Source of the DNA: Acutalibacteraceae bacterium | GTDB lineage: Bacteria > Bacillota > Clostridia > Oscillospirales > Acutalibacteraceae | Assembly: GCA_045578425.1 (NCBI GenBank) | Contig: JAZNKF010000065.1 | Location: 10,105-74,104, forward strand | Reading direction: 5' to 3' | Length of the DNA: 64,000 bases | Part shown: piece by piece, positions 1 to 9,713 of the stretch | Layout: each line of letters begins with the position of its first letter | How positions within the stretch are numbered: position 1 is the stretch's first letter | Position numbers and translations under genes: made by a program | Notes under the pieces: generated by a model | The model's input: the letters and a program-made list of their open reading frames with translations, nothing else | What the model was told of the DNA's origin: nothing | Databases searched by the model: none

Positions 1-2199
1 CAAACCGCCAACGGCAACCAGTGCCGCCAAACCGACAATCGCTTGTAAAACTGTGAAAAGACGAACACCTTTTCGCACACAACAACAATGCGATATGGCT
101 TTGAGAATCCCGTTTACACCGCCAAAAGAAACGATACTCGCCGCTTCCCGTTCGCTAACACCGCTTGTTAGCGATTCATACGAACGACCTGCCGGTGCTC
201 CCAACAATTCCACATAAAAACCATCCAAATCAAAAACAGAAGCAACCAGTTGTTCGGTAACATTGGGGTCACACGTACGTATCAGCAAAGTAACGTGATT
301 TTTAGTAACATCCGTCAGCACACGTTTAACCGCTTCGTCTGCTATATAGCTCACCACAAACATAGCGGACAGTTCGCCGGCAATGGATAAATACACCAGT
401 TGTCTGCCGTTCTTGGCATAACGTTCCTCATAGTCTTTTGAAGGAATATAAATACCGTGATTGTCCAACAAGCGGCGGTTTCCAATCAAAACACGCCGTC
501 CGCTCACCCAACCGGACAAGCCCATATCTTGCTCATAAACCAACGTATCTACTTCATGCAGCATATCCACTTTGTTCAAAATCATGCGGCGGAAAACGTG
601 TGACAGCGGACCTCCGGCGCGAATTGACACAGAAGCGGCATCCAAAATTGCTTCGTCAATTCTCGTTCCGGAAAAGGTTTTAATACCATGCAACAACACA
701 CTGTTTTCCGGGAATAAATCTACGGCATCCACAGCCACTGCATGAACAGAGCCGTAATTACGCACAACATCATGCCCCATGACTGCCACTCCTTGTTTTT
801 GCAATTTGAGCGACACAGCAGAAATGGCAGTTTGCAGGAAGAAAAGCATAAGAACCGGCATAGAAACGCAAACCATCAAGCAAAACAAAGTAATGGCAAA
901 AATCCAAGACGGCAATCCGTTAACCAGTAAATAGATGACAGAAATGGTTGCTGCCAACGATAAAGAAAGCGGTAAATACCATTTCATCCACCCGCTGTTG
1001 GAAATAGAATCTTGCATATTCTTAAAAAAATCAGACACAAAATCAGTTTTTCGAGAATACGCAACATGCGGTACCCCCAGCGCTACCGCTGGGCGACCGA
1101 TTTCTTCCGCCAACAAAGCATCATCGATACATTTTGCCACCAACTTTTCGCCGCGGACGGTTGCTGCGGAAAAGTTACGACACGTTCTGTCATACGCCAA
1201 GCAACGGCAAAGTTGCAACAACACCAAAGAAAAACCGGAAAGTGCGGTCAGCAACGGTGACGTTTTATCGGCAACGCCGGAAGTGTTAAAGAACTGCAAC
1301 GCCGTATGCAACAAGGTTATCGAAGAAGCCAGTGCAATGCCGCTTTCCACTGAAACCTTTCGTGAAAACAATTTAACAAAACCACTTTTTAACAAAGGAA
1401 AATTGATAGCGCACAACGCTATGAACAAAATCGATTGAATCAGCAAATACGAAATCGGTTCCACCGTAACACCCGGCAAAGCCGATGAAACAACCGCCGA
1501 AACAAACAAAACAATTTCCGTTACAACCGCAAGCAACAACATAGAGAAAGAACGGCGACGTTTGTCTACCAGTTTTTTGCGAAAATCGGCAACTTGTTCA
1601 TAATCCGTAAACTCGTCGCATTCTGCGACCTCTTCAAAAGACGGTTGCTCTGCTTCCCCACCGGACTCTTCCTCGTCAGGAAACCCTTGACTGTCAGCTT
1701 CAGCCGCTTCTTTTTCGTGTTGCTCTCGACGTTGTGAAAAATCTTGAATTTTTTCTTGGCGCAAACGCAAAAGAGCCGCCGCCTCATCCTCGCCGGTCAC
1801 ATCAGCCGTCGACGGAGCGTCAAATCCATCCAACTGTAATTGCGTAATCGGCATAGAGTCTTGTTCGTCGCTCATTTTTGTATCGTCCATTTCAATGACT
1901 TTTGTATCGTGCGACACCGAAATTTCGCAAGTATCTTCGAGCGGCTCTTCGCTTGCTACTTTTATAATTTCCAATTCGGTTTTTGTTTCCCCCGAAAAAG
2001 GACTTTCAATCAAAAAGCGCGGTTCCTCTTTTGCTTCTTTACGCCGATGGAACAATCCGCCCCTTTTCTTTTTTACCGGTTCCTCTTCCGGTATTTCGAA
2101 TTCCGGTTCCACCGCCAACACCGAAGGAAATTCCGTCGTTGTTGTCTGCTCTTCGGAATTTTCCAATTCGTTGATATGGGCATCTTTTTTTTCTTTCAT
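1..2199 (-). CDS. P-type-ATPase-like integral membrane protein; 3' end runs off the window, so it is absent from the ORF track (no stop seen)
   Basis: Hand translation of the minus strand from ATG 2199 stays open to position 1. RBS AGGAGGGG lies 7 nt upstream and overlaps the rlmB stop. About 210 aa of acidic low-complexity N-terminus (MKEKKDAHINELENSEEQ...) precede TM helices and a P-type-ATPase-like cytoplasmic domain (QKQGVAVMGHDVVRNYGSVHAVAVDAVDLFPENSVLLHG...RRVLIGNRRLL). Confidence 0.6.
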   Translation of the reverse strand, partial: MKEKKDAHINELENSEEQTTTTEFPSVLAVEPEFEIPEEEPVKKKRGGLFHRRKEAKEEPRFLIESPFSGETKTELEIIKVASEEPLEDTCEISVSHDTKVIEMDDTKMSDEQDSMPITQLQLDGFDAPSTADVTGEDEAAALLRLRQEKIQDFSQRREQHEKEAAEADSQGFPDEEESGGEAEQPSFEEVAECDEFTDYEQVADFRKKLVDKRRRSFSMLLLAVVTEIVLFVSAVVSSALPGVTVEPISYLLIQSILFIALCAINFPLLKSGFVKLFSRKVSVESGIALASSITLLHTALQFFNTSGVADKTSPLLTALSGFSLVLLQLCRCLAYDRTCRNFSAATVRGEKLVAKCIDDALLAEEIGRPAVALGVPHVAYSRKTDFVSDFFKNMQDSISNSGWMKWYLPLSLSLAATISVIYLLVNGLPSWIFAITLFCLMVCVSMPVLMLFFLQTAISAVSLKLQKQGVAVMGHDVVRNYGSVHAVAVDAVDLFPENSVLLHGIKTFSGTRIDEAILDAASVSIRAGGPLSHVFRRMILNKVDMLHEVDTLVYEQDMGLSGWVSGRRVLIGNRRLLDNHGIYIPSKDYEERYAKNGRQLVYLSIAGELSAMFVVSYIADEAVKRVLTDVTKNHVTLLIRTCDPNVTEQLVASVFDLDGFYVELLGAPAGRSYESLTSGVSEREAASIVSFGGVNGILKAISHCCCVRKGVRLFTVLQAIVGLAALVAVGGL

Positions 2200-2212
2200 G
2201 ATTTCGCCCCTC

Positions 2213-2983
2213 CTATCTGCGAAGATCCAGCCGTTGCCGAACCACTTCATACATCATAATACCGCAGGCTACCGAAGCATTCAAAGAATTGATTTTGCCC
2301 TGCATCGGTAAAGAAATAATCCCGTCACATTGTTCTTTGACCAAACGACTCATACCGTGTCCTTCGGAGCCGACCACCAAAGCAATCGGACCGGACAGGT
2401 CGGTTTGACACCACGAGGTACCATCCATGTCCAAGCCATACACCCAAAGTCCGCGTTTTTTGAGTTGTTTTAAGGTGTCGGTAATGTTCGAGACACGCAC
2501 TACCGGCATATACTCCACCGCACCTGCCGATGTTTTGTAAACGGTAGAAGTCAGCCCTACTGCACGTCGTTTGGGAATAATGACACCGTGGCACCCCGCG
2601 GCCTCCGCGCTGCGGATAACGGCACCCAGGTTATGCGCATCTTCCAATTCATCACATACAATCACAAACGGTGGCTGACCTGACGCGGCTGCTTTTTCAA
2701 AAACGTCTTCCAAAGAAGCATATTCTTTACACGCCGCAAACGCTATCACACCTTGGTGATTATTGCCGCCCAAAGAATTAAGCTTGCGAATATCGGTTTC
2801 TTTGATAGGAATGCCGTTTTCGCGGCACAATGCGCAAATCACGCCCAAGCTGCCGCCGCGTTCACCCTTGGCGATCCAAACACTATCCAAACTGCGTCCG
2901 GAACGAAGAGCTTCCAGCACTGCGTTTCGACCAATGATACAATCTTCTGCCGAACGGCGTTCTACAGAAAGCGGTTGCTCCAT
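2213..2983 (-). CDS. rlmB: SpoU/TrmH-class 23S rRNA (guanosine-2'-O)-methyltransferase, RlmB-like
   Basis: 256-aa ORF. The N-terminal L30e-like region (GRNAVLEALRSG) and C-terminal SpoU motifs (LGAVIRSAEAAG, VVGSEGHGMS, IPMQGKINSLNASVA) are typical of RlmB. Confidence 0.85.
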   Translation of the reverse strand: MEQPLSVERRSAEDCIIGRNAVLEALRSGRSLDSVWIAKGERGGSLGVICALCRENGIPIKETDIRKLNSLGGNNHQGVIAFAACKEYASLEDVFEKAAASGQPPFVIVCDELEDAHNLGAVIRSAEAAGCHGVIIPKRRAVGLTSTVYKTSAGAVEYMPVVRVSNITDTLKQLKKRGLWVYGLDMDGTSWCQTDLSGPIALVVGSEGHGMSRLVKEQCDGIISLPMQGKINSLNASVACGIMMYEVVRQRLDLRR

Positions 2984-3149
2984 CGTTACAAAACCTCACA
3001 ATTTCCCAATATAGAGTTATTGTAACACATCTTTTTAAAAAAAGAAAGGGTTTGTTTTTATCTTAGTTAATATTTTTTAGAAACTGGACACAACCTTGTT
3101 TTTATGATACACTTTGATTGGTTTAAAAATCCGCAAAGGAGAGTTAATC

Positions 3150-3908
3150 ATGAATGTAGCCGTTATCACCGGTGCCTCGTCAGGACTGGGAATGGAATAT
3201 GCCAAACAAGTAGCTTTATTATCAGATGTAGAAGAAATTTGGCTGATTGCCCGTAGTACGGAAAAACTGGTTCAATTAGCCCATTCTTTACCGAACAAAA
3301 AGTGCCGCACGCTTACGTGGGATTTGCAAAGTGAAGAAAGTTTTGCGGAATATCGACGCTTGTTGGAAGAAGAAAAACCAATCGTTCGTTTGCTGATAAA
3401 CAATGCCGGTTTTGGCAAATTGGGAAACGTGTCCGAACTGAACCCCGTAGACCAAGCCGGTATGGTTGACCTAAATTGCCGTGCCCTTACTCTATTCACT
3501 GCACTGACTTTACCGTATATGGCGGCAGGAAGCGGAATTCTTAACGTTTCTTCGATTGCCTCCTTTGCGCCCACCCCGCGCATGACGGTTTATTCCGCCA
3601 CCAAAGCGTACGTTGCCGCTTTTTCCAAAGGATTACGCGAAGAATTACGCCCCCGCCGTATCAACGTGCTAACCGTGTGTCCGGGACCCATGGCAACACC
3701 GTTTTTGGAAACTGCCAAAATTATCGGTGCCGACTCCCCCGCTTTTGAAAACCTTCCGTACTGTCAACCAAAACAAGTTGCTGTTCGTTCTTTGCAGCGC
3801 TTGCTTCACAAAAAAGGGTGGTATACCAACCGTTTTATTTACAAGCTGTACCGTGTGTTAGCCAAATTATTGCCGCACAACCTTGTCATGAAATTCAGCA
3901 AAACCTAA
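3150..3908 (+). CDS. Short-chain dehydrogenase/reductase (classical SDR)
   Basis: ATG 3150 follows RBS AAAGGAGAG. Contains TGASSGLG cofactor motif, NNAG, and YSATKAY (YxxxK). The upstream TTG/ATG at 3114 is a less likely start. Confidence 0.85.
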   Translation: MNVAVITGASSGLGMEYAKQVALLSDVEEIWLIARSTEKLVQLAHSLPNKKCRTLTWDLQSEESFAEYRRLLEEEKPIVRLLINNAGFGKLGNVSELNPVDQAGMVDLNCRALTLFTALTLPYMAAGSGILNVSSIASFAPTPRMTVYSATKAYVAAFSKGLREELRPRRINVLTVCPGPMATPFLETAKIIGADSPAFENLPYCQPKQVAVRSLQRLLHKKGWYTNRFIYKLYRVLAKLLPHNLVMKFSKT

Positions 3909-3947
3909 AAAAAAGAACGCTGCGATTTTTCACAGCGTTCTTTTTTG
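3908..3947. terminator. Bidirectional intrinsic terminator between convergent genes
   Basis: Stem AAGAACGCTG (3913-3922) pairs with CAGCGTTCTT (3933-3942). An A-run lies upstream and a T-run downstream. Confidence 0.6.
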
Positions 3948-3988
3948 CCCTTCTGACCGACCGTTATCTAACGGGTTCCGAGGGCAGG

Positions 3989-4714
3989 TTATTTGTTTTG
4001 TGTGGTAACCGTCGGTATCGTCACCGTCTCCCCTTGCAACAATGTCAATGGGTCTAAATACTTTCCGTTTACTAAAATTTCCAAATGCATGTGCGAAGCA
4101 TCTTTGATTTCCGATGGGACAGCCGATACTTTACCAATAATGTCTCCGACCTTTACCGTATCCCCTACCTTGACTCCTTGTGCGGTCACACCGCAATAGC
4201 GTGAAATACGTTTGCTGCCGTGGTCAATTTCAACCACGTCACCCCACAGCGTATCTTTGGTGATGGTTTTTATTATTCCGTCTGCCACGGCTTTTACCGA
4301 CTGGTTTTCTTTCGCTTCAAAATCCACACCGTTATGGGTGCGCCATTCACCGAGTGTTTCGGAATATTGGTGCGTTTCACTGTAAGAACGCAACACCCGA
4401 TTTGAAACAGGCAACACAAACAAGTCTTTCGATTGTGTTGTTGTGGGTACCGTTGTCGGTACTGTAGTAACCGTAGTGCGGTCATCGGGAACGTTGGTGG
4501 CGGGAATCACCACTTGTTGTACCGCGGAGGTTGTGGTAACCACCGAACTACTTGTGGTACTTTGCGGGGCTTCGGGTATATCCTTTGGCAACGTTCCTAC
4601 AACCGTGGTTACAATCGCGCCGCAAACAGCTATCATACAGGCAGCTAATACCCAATAAAAAACTTTTGGACTTTTCTTTTCTTCCGTTTCCGGCTCAAAA
4701 TCTGGATAGTTCAT
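3989..4714 (-). CDS. Membrane-anchored M23/LytM family metallopeptidase
   Basis: ATG 4714 is preceded by AAGGAGG. One N-terminal TM helix and a Thr/Ser/Val-rich linker lead to a C-terminal LytM domain (HNGVDF...GDVVEIDHG...HMHLEI). The architecture resembles SpoIIQ-type proteins, but that is only inference. Confidence 0.8.
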   Translation of the reverse strand: MNYPDFEPETEEKKSPKVFYWVLAACMIAVCGAIVTTVVGTLPKDIPEAPQSTTSSSVVTTTSAVQQVVIPATNVPDDRTTVTTVPTTVPTTTQSKDLFVLPVSNRVLRSYSETHQYSETLGEWRTHNGVDFEAKENQSVKAVADGIIKTITKDTLWGDVVEIDHGSKRISRYCGVTAQGVKVGDTVKVGDIIGKVSAVPSEIKDASHMHLEILVNGKYLDPLTLLQGETVTIPTVTTQNK

Positions 4715-4865
4715 ATCAATTCCTCCTTGTTCGCTTATAGTTTTCACGCGAACCGGGAATTTATACAAAAAACAAAAGAAATCTCAAATAAAGACTTTAT
4801 TTGTTCATATTTTCATGATAGAATTTACGGTGATTTTTAAATTATGAAAGTTATGGAATGGTTAC

Positions 4866-5642
4866 ATGAATACTCACGGTTTTTCAAAAATATGTTTTAT
4901 CATCATACGCGGTCTTGTCAAGTTTTTTTATCCCAAAATAACCGTAGAGGGATTGGAAAACATCACGGAAGGACCGTGCATTTTAGTGGGAAACCACACG
5001 CAAATGAACGGCCCCATTTGCGGCGAACTGTATCTGCCCGCCAACAGTGTGACCTGGTGTTCCTGGCAAATGATGCATTTAAAACAAGTCCCTGCTTACG
5101 CATACTCGGATTTTTGGAGTAACAAGCCGCGCTATACACGCTGGTTTTACAAGCTTTTATCCTATCTCATTGCCCCGCTCTCCGTTTGCGTTTTCAATAA
5201 CGCCCGCACCATCCCCGTATATCACGACAGTCGATTACTAACCACTTTTCGGTTGACCGTTAACGCGCTGAAAAACGAAAAAACCGTGTTGATTTTTCCC
5301 GAACACTACCAACCTCACAATCATATTATTAACGATTTTCAAGATAAATTCATTGATATTGCCAAAACCTACCACAAACGCAGCGGAAAATCGGTCAAGT
5401 TTGTTCCGCTTTATATTGCTCCCACTCTCAAAAAAATGATTATTGGGAAACCGATAACCTTTGACCCTTCCGCTCTCATTCAAGAAGAGCGAAGACGTAT
5501 TTGCACTTATTTAATGGATGAAATCACCGCCATTGCAGAAAGTCTACCCTTACATACTGTCGTCCCTTATGCCAATCTTCCCAAGCGACTTTACAAAACC
5601 AACCGAATCACGGAGGTGTCACGTGAAAAAACCAACCGTTGA
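4866..5642 (+). CDS. Lysophospholipid/glycerolipid acyltransferase family protein (PlsC-like)
   Basis: 258-aa ORF with a GNHTQMNGP block in place of the NHxxxxD box and a VLIFPEH block (FPEG-type). The first motif is non-canonical, so the call is family level only. Confidence 0.6.
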   Translation: MNTHGFSKICFIIIRGLVKFFYPKITVEGLENITEGPCILVGNHTQMNGPICGELYLPANSVTWCSWQMMHLKQVPAYAYSDFWSNKPRYTRWFYKLLSYLIAPLSVCVFNNARTIPVYHDSRLLTTFRLTVNALKNEKTVLIFPEHYQPHNHIINDFQDKFIDIAKTYHKRSGKSVKFVPLYIAPTLKKMIIGKPITFDPSALIQEERRRICTYLMDEITAIAESLPLHTVVPYANLPKRLYKTNRITEVSREKTNR

Positions 5643-6303
5643 TTACCGACGTTTACGTCCCAATACCATCACTTCACCCGAATACAACCATTTACTGTGG
5701 CTACTTGGCTGGGTGGGATATTTTCTGTTATATTTCCTTACAGAAAATTTGATTCCCGCATCACGTTGTTTTGTCGTACACAGTCCACTTGATGAGCGCA
5801 TTCCTTTTTGCGAATGGTTTGTTATTCCGTATGTCGGTTGGTATTTGCTGATTGTGGTTTCTCTGCTATATTTTGCACTGTACAACCCGCAAAATTTTAA
5901 GAATTTGCAAAAATACATTATCATCACGCAAGCCATTGCCATGGTCTGTTACATTGTTTTTCCCACGCGACAAGACCTACGCCCCGTTGAATTCCCGCGC
6001 GTGAATCTACTGACAGATATTTTACAAGTCATCTATACGTTCGATACCAACACCGGCGTTTGTCCCTCCTTACATGTGGCGTACTCGTTAGGCATTGCTT
6101 CCACCTGGCTGCGTGAAAAATCTGCTTCCAAAACCGCTAAAACTTTTGTCGTTATTGCTGTTGCTTTGGTTTGTCTTTCGGTTGCGTTTGTCAAACAACA
6201 TTCTGTAGTAGATATCTATGCCGCCATACCCGTTTGTGCACTGGCTGAGTTTTTTGTATTCATACGCCCAAAACTTATCAAACGGCGCTCTTGCAAATCA
6301 TAA
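5623..6303 (+). CDS. PAP2-superfamily membrane protein (PAP2_3 / Aur1-Ipt1-like)
   Basis: GTG 5623 is preceded by GGAGG and overlaps the upstream gene by 20 nt. It is a multi-TM protein with PSLH and KQHSVVD motifs (the C2/C3 motifs of acid phosphatase/phosphotransferase PAP2). Confidence 0.7.
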   Translation: MKKPTVDYRRLRPNTITSPEYNHLLWLLGWVGYFLLYFLTENLIPASRCFVVHSPLDERIPFCEWFVIPYVGWYLLIVVSLLYFALYNPQNFKNLQKYIIITQAIAMVCYIVFPTRQDLRPVEFPRVNLLTDILQVIYTFDTNTGVCPSLHVAYSLGIASTWLREKSASKTAKTFVVIAVALVCLSVAFVKQHSVVDIYAAIPVCALAEFFVFIRPKLIKRRSCKS

Positions 6304-6307
6304 TAAA

Positions 6308-6345
6308 AAAGAAAAGCAGACCGATGTTTCGGTCTGCTTACTCTT
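6308..6345. terminator. Bidirectional intrinsic terminator
   Basis: Stem AAGCAGACCG (6314-6323) pairs with CGGTCTGCTT (6330-6339), flanked by A-rich and T-rich tracts, between convergent genes. Confidence 0.6.
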
Positions 6346-6369
6346 TAGTTCACCAAATTCTAAAAAGAA

Positions 6370-6648
6370 TCAGTTCTCGCCTCTCATGCTTGCAAAGCAT
6401 TCGCTGCAATACACAGGGCGGTCTTCACGGGGTTTGAAAGGCACTTTTGCTTCTTTACCGCAGTTAGCGCAAATCGCATCGTGCATTTCTCTTTCGGGTT
6501 TCGCTGCGTTCTTACGAGCGTCGCGGCAAGCTTTGCAGCGTTGCGGCTCATTCACAAAGCCTTTTTCCGCATAAAATTCTTGTTCACCGGCGGTGAACAC
6601 AAATTCTGCGCCGCATTCCTTGCAGACCAAAGTCTTGTCTTCGTACAT
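6370..6648 (-). CDS. Small double zinc-ribbon protein (zf-trcl-like plus CxxC-x17-CxxC type)
   Basis: 92 aa with four CxxC pairs (CKEC...CKAC; CANC...CSEC) and the FxFTAGEQEFYAEKGF..PQRCKACR signature of the probable zinc-ribbon family. Confidence 0.7.
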   Translation of the reverse strand: MYEDKTLVCKECGAEFVFTAGEQEFYAEKGFVNEPQRCKACRDARKNAAKPEREMHDAICANCGKEAKVPFKPREDRPVYCSECFASMRGEN

Positions 6649-6779
6649 TTGTTTTACCTCGCTTTAAGATATAATGATTATTTTGCCCTGCGACGGATTC
6701 GGACCGACACCTTTGAAAAACAACGCTCTGACTTAAGCTACCCGGGCATATCTGTAAACGGCAATGCCGTTTGCAACCT

Positions 6780-7361
6780 TTATTCAACCACCTTGCGCCG
6801 AACACGTTGCAAGGCATTGTCCACCGCTTTTTCGGTAATGGACAATTTGGCGGCAATCTCACGGTAAGAATAGGCACCAATGTGCAACATAAGCACTTGA
6901 TATTCCCGTTCTGTCAATTGCGCTTGCAACCGTTGCTGCAATAATTGCCACTCTTCGCGGCGAATCAGCACCGTTTCCGGCTCTTCTGCCGCCAGTTCGG
7001 GAAAAGAATCCATCCGTCCCTCTTCGTTTGGCAAAACCTCTTGGCGGTTATCACCACCCGACAAGCGGCGTACCACCGAAAGCATACGATTACGTATACA
7101 CACACCGGCATAGGTACGAAAGGAAGCACCGCCACCGCTATGGTATGTTTGCACCGCCGACAGCAGTCCAAGCAATCCCTCTTGTAGCAAATCTTCCGGT
7201 TCGGCGCCGTATTGGCGGTATTTTTGGGATAACTGTTGCAAAACCGGTGAAAAACGCGACACCAATTGCGAAAACGCTTCGTGATTATTTTCACGAGCGG
7301 CAAAAACAAGTTCGTCATCGGTCAAAGGGTTTGGACAAGTTTGTGCCGAAACATCATACAA
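6780..7361 (-). CDS. Sigma-70 family RNA polymerase sigma factor (group 3/4-like, two-domain)
   Basis: 193 aa. Region 2 (EDLLQEGLLGLLSAVQTY, FRTYAGVCIRNR) and a region 4 HTH (YSYREIAAKLSITEKAVDNALQRVRRK) are present. Confidence 0.85.
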   Translation of the reverse strand: MYDVSAQTCPNPLTDDELVFAARENNHEAFSQLVSRFSPVLQQLSQKYRQYGAEPEDLLQEGLLGLLSAVQTYHSGGGASFRTYAGVCIRNRMLSVVRRLSGGDNRQEVLPNEEGRMDSFPELAAEEPETVLIRREEWQLLQQRLQAQLTEREYQVLMLHIGAYSYREIAAKLSITEKAVDNALQRVRRKVVE

Positions 7362-7524
7362 CGCCTATCACCTCAACCGTTATAACAGCGCACAACTCGC
7401 AACTAGTGTACAGTATAGCGCAACCCTTTTGAAAAGTCAACAGTTTTTTTAAAAAAATTATTCAACTTGCAAAAAAAGCATCAAAAATTGTCAAAAAATT
7501 TCTATTTTTTGCATAATTTAGCGA

Positions 7525-7554
7525 CAAAAACAGCGGAGTGACATCCACTCCGCT
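7525..7554 (-). terminator. Intrinsic terminator downstream of the permease gene
   Basis: Stem CAGCGGAGTG (7531-7540) pairs with CACTCCGCTG (7545-7554). On the minus strand it is followed by a T-run (the A-run at 7526-7530 on plus). Confidence 0.6.
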
Positions 7555-7565
7555 GATCGTGATTT

Positions 7566-8669
7566 TTATAAAAACAGTTTTGCGGCAAGGGTCATAATGA
7601 CAAGGAATATCGTGTTTGCCGCTGTGAAAAGAGCAAGATATTTTTTGGTTTGTTCGGGATGTAGCAGTTTGAATTCATTAAATGTTATCAAGCTCGCCAG
7701 CGAAGCAATCAAGGTTCCCGTACCGCCAATGTTCACGCCAAGCAGCAAAGCAGCATAATCATTTGTAAATCGTGAAAGCAAAATCGCCGATGGTACATTA
7801 CTGATAAATTGACAGGACAGCACCGAAACGAGCAAGGTGTCTTTCTCCAACAAAGAGGAAATCAGATGGTTGACCGCATCCATTCTTGCCAAGTTGCCGG
7901 CAAATATGAAGAAAAAGAAAAACGTACCGAGCAAAGCATAGTCCACCATCAACAGAGAGTCACGGTCAACAAAGAAAAGGATGATAGGAATAACGATTAA
8001 CCCTGCCATAAAGGGTATCATTCTGAAAACAATCAGAATCGAAACCGCAAACAAAATGAGATAAAGGACGGTTTTTTTGGCATCCAGTTTTTCGCCAAAT
8101 TCCTCGTCAATGGTAAAGCGAATGGGTTTTACGGGGAAACACGCCAGTGCCAACAACGAAATTGCCAACAAAAAGGCGGGTAGCATAATTGCGCAAAACT
8201 CGCCTGTAGGAATGTGAAAAAAGGAATACAAATACAAGTTCTGTGGATTGCCAAACGGCGTGAGCATGCCGCCCAAATTGGCCGCTATGTTTTGCAACAC
8301 AAACAAATATGCCATGTATTTTTCTTGCTTTGTGACCGAGAGAGCAAAATATCCCAGCGGTAAAAAGGTGATGAGCGCCATGTCGTTGGCAATAATCATG
8401 GAACCGATAAAGGTAATGGTTATCAGCAATAAAAACAGTGCACGCATATTTCCTGCCATGGTCACCAGTTTGCGCGCCAAAATGGTAAAAAACTTGATGT
8501 TTCGCAGTGCGCAAACCACCGCCAATGTCAAGAACAAACACGAAAGGGTTTTCCAATCAAAATATCCCAAATATTCCGCATCGGGAGGTACCAAAAAACA
8601 CGTAACGACAGCCGCCAGTGCCGCGATGCAAAATACCACGTTTTTCTTTATAAACCGTAACGCTTTCAT
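7566..8669 (-). CDS. Anion permease of the ArsB/NhaD / citrate-transporter-like (IT) superfamily
   Basis: 367 aa with about 10-12 TM helices, and the MLTPFGNPQNLYLY and NIGGTGTLIASLA hairpin-like motifs typical of this superfamily. Substrate unknown. Confidence 0.7.
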   Translation of the reverse strand: MKALRFIKKNVVFCIAALAAVVTCFLVPPDAEYLGYFDWKTLSCLFLTLAVVCALRNIKFFTILARKLVTMAGNMRALFLLLITITFIGSMIIANDMALITFLPLGYFALSVTKQEKYMAYLFVLQNIAANLGGMLTPFGNPQNLYLYSFFHIPTGEFCAIMLPAFLLAISLLALACFPVKPIRFTIDEEFGEKLDAKKTVLYLILFAVSILIVFRMIPFMAGLIVIPIILFFVDRDSLLMVDYALLGTFFFFFIFAGNLARMDAVNHLISSLLEKDTLLVSVLSCQFISNVPSAILLSRFTNDYAALLLGVNIGGTGTLIASLASLITFNEFKLLHPEQTKKYLALFTAANTIFLVIMTLAAKLFL

Positions 8670-8887
8670 TGTATCACCGTTCTACATTCCAAAGTTTTTT
8701 AAAGACAAATCATTATAGTACAAAAGAAAAAGTGTGTCAACACAAACGCTTGGAATTAAATGTTCCAAAGTAGTAATGCCGTTTGATTTTTCATCTTTAC
8801 CTTGGAGATTGATTTTTTGGTTTTTTCTTGACTTTTTTCACAAACATGGTAGTATTACTCTAACAAAGAAATAAAGGAGACCGTGTA

Positions 8888-9694
8888 ATGAACTATGCAG
8901 CCGATTTTAGGAAATTTGCCCGTGATGCACTACGTAGCAATTGGCGGGTAGCAGTTTTGACAGGTTTTGTTGCTTCGTTAATAGGTGCAAACATTGCTAC
9001 CAACGGCGGGTGGAATTTTGATAATAGCGCTTCCTCTGACAATGTTCCGAAAAACCTTCAAGTTTCAGAGTTTTGGGAAGCCCTTTCCCCTATTCTTCTT
9101 ACCGTTTTTGCCACGATGACAATTTGGGCTGTTGTTACTCTTGTTATCGGTGGTGCCGGCAAACTGGGATATGCAAAATTCAATTTGAATGTAATCGACC
9201 GGAAACCTCTTTCTCTTTCCGATTTGTTCTCTCAATTTCATCGTTTAGGTACAGGCTTTTGCATGGATTTACTTATGAGTCTTTATACGATTCTTTGGTC
9301 GTTACTGTTTGTAATTCCCGGTATTGTTAAGTCATACAGTTATTCTATGACACCTTACATATTAGCCGAGCATCCTGAAATGACGGTAACCGAAGCAATT
9401 ACTCTGTCAAGACAAATTATGCACGGTAATAAGTGGCGGTTATTTTGTTTACAATTCAGCTTTATCGGTTGGGAACTTCTTTGTATCGTGCCACCATTAG
9501 TTTTGTTGCCTCTTTTTTCTATGGAAGGTTATAGCCCCATTGTTTGGCTGGTACTGCTTTTTACAACATTAATTGTTGGAAATTTGTTTTTAACTCCTTA
9601 CAGAGAAACTGCTCAGGCAGCTTTTTACCGCGATATTACGTACACAAACACTCCGCCTGCCAGCCCTGTAACGCCGAGTGATTACGAGTTTTAA
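8888..9694 (+). CDS. DUF975 family integral membrane protein
   Basis: 268 aa. The N-terminal FRKFARDALRSNWRVAVL signature and TM topology are typical of DUF975. RBS AAAGGAGA lies upstream. Confidence 0.7.
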   Translation: MNYAADFRKFARDALRSNWRVAVLTGFVASLIGANIATNGGWNFDNSASSDNVPKNLQVSEFWEALSPILLTVFATMTIWAVVTLVIGGAGKLGYAKFNLNVIDRKPLSLSDLFSQFHRLGTGFCMDLLMSLYTILWSLLFVIPGIVKSYSYSMTPYILAEHPEMTVTEAITLSRQIMHGNKWRLFCLQFSFIGWELLCIVPPLVLLPLFSMEGYSPIVWLVLLFTTLIVGNLFLTPYRETAQAAFYRDITYTNTPPASPVTPSDYEF

Positions 9695-9713
9695 TTAGTA
9701 ATATCCATGAAAT

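Noticed and set aside
6370-7361. The sigma factor plus downstream zinc-ribbon protein as a sigma/anti-sigma (ZAS) pair.
   Set aside because: The genes are separated by ~130 nt. The zinc-ribbon protein lacks the HxxxCxxC ZAS motif and any TM segment, and it matches a different small zinc-ribbon family.
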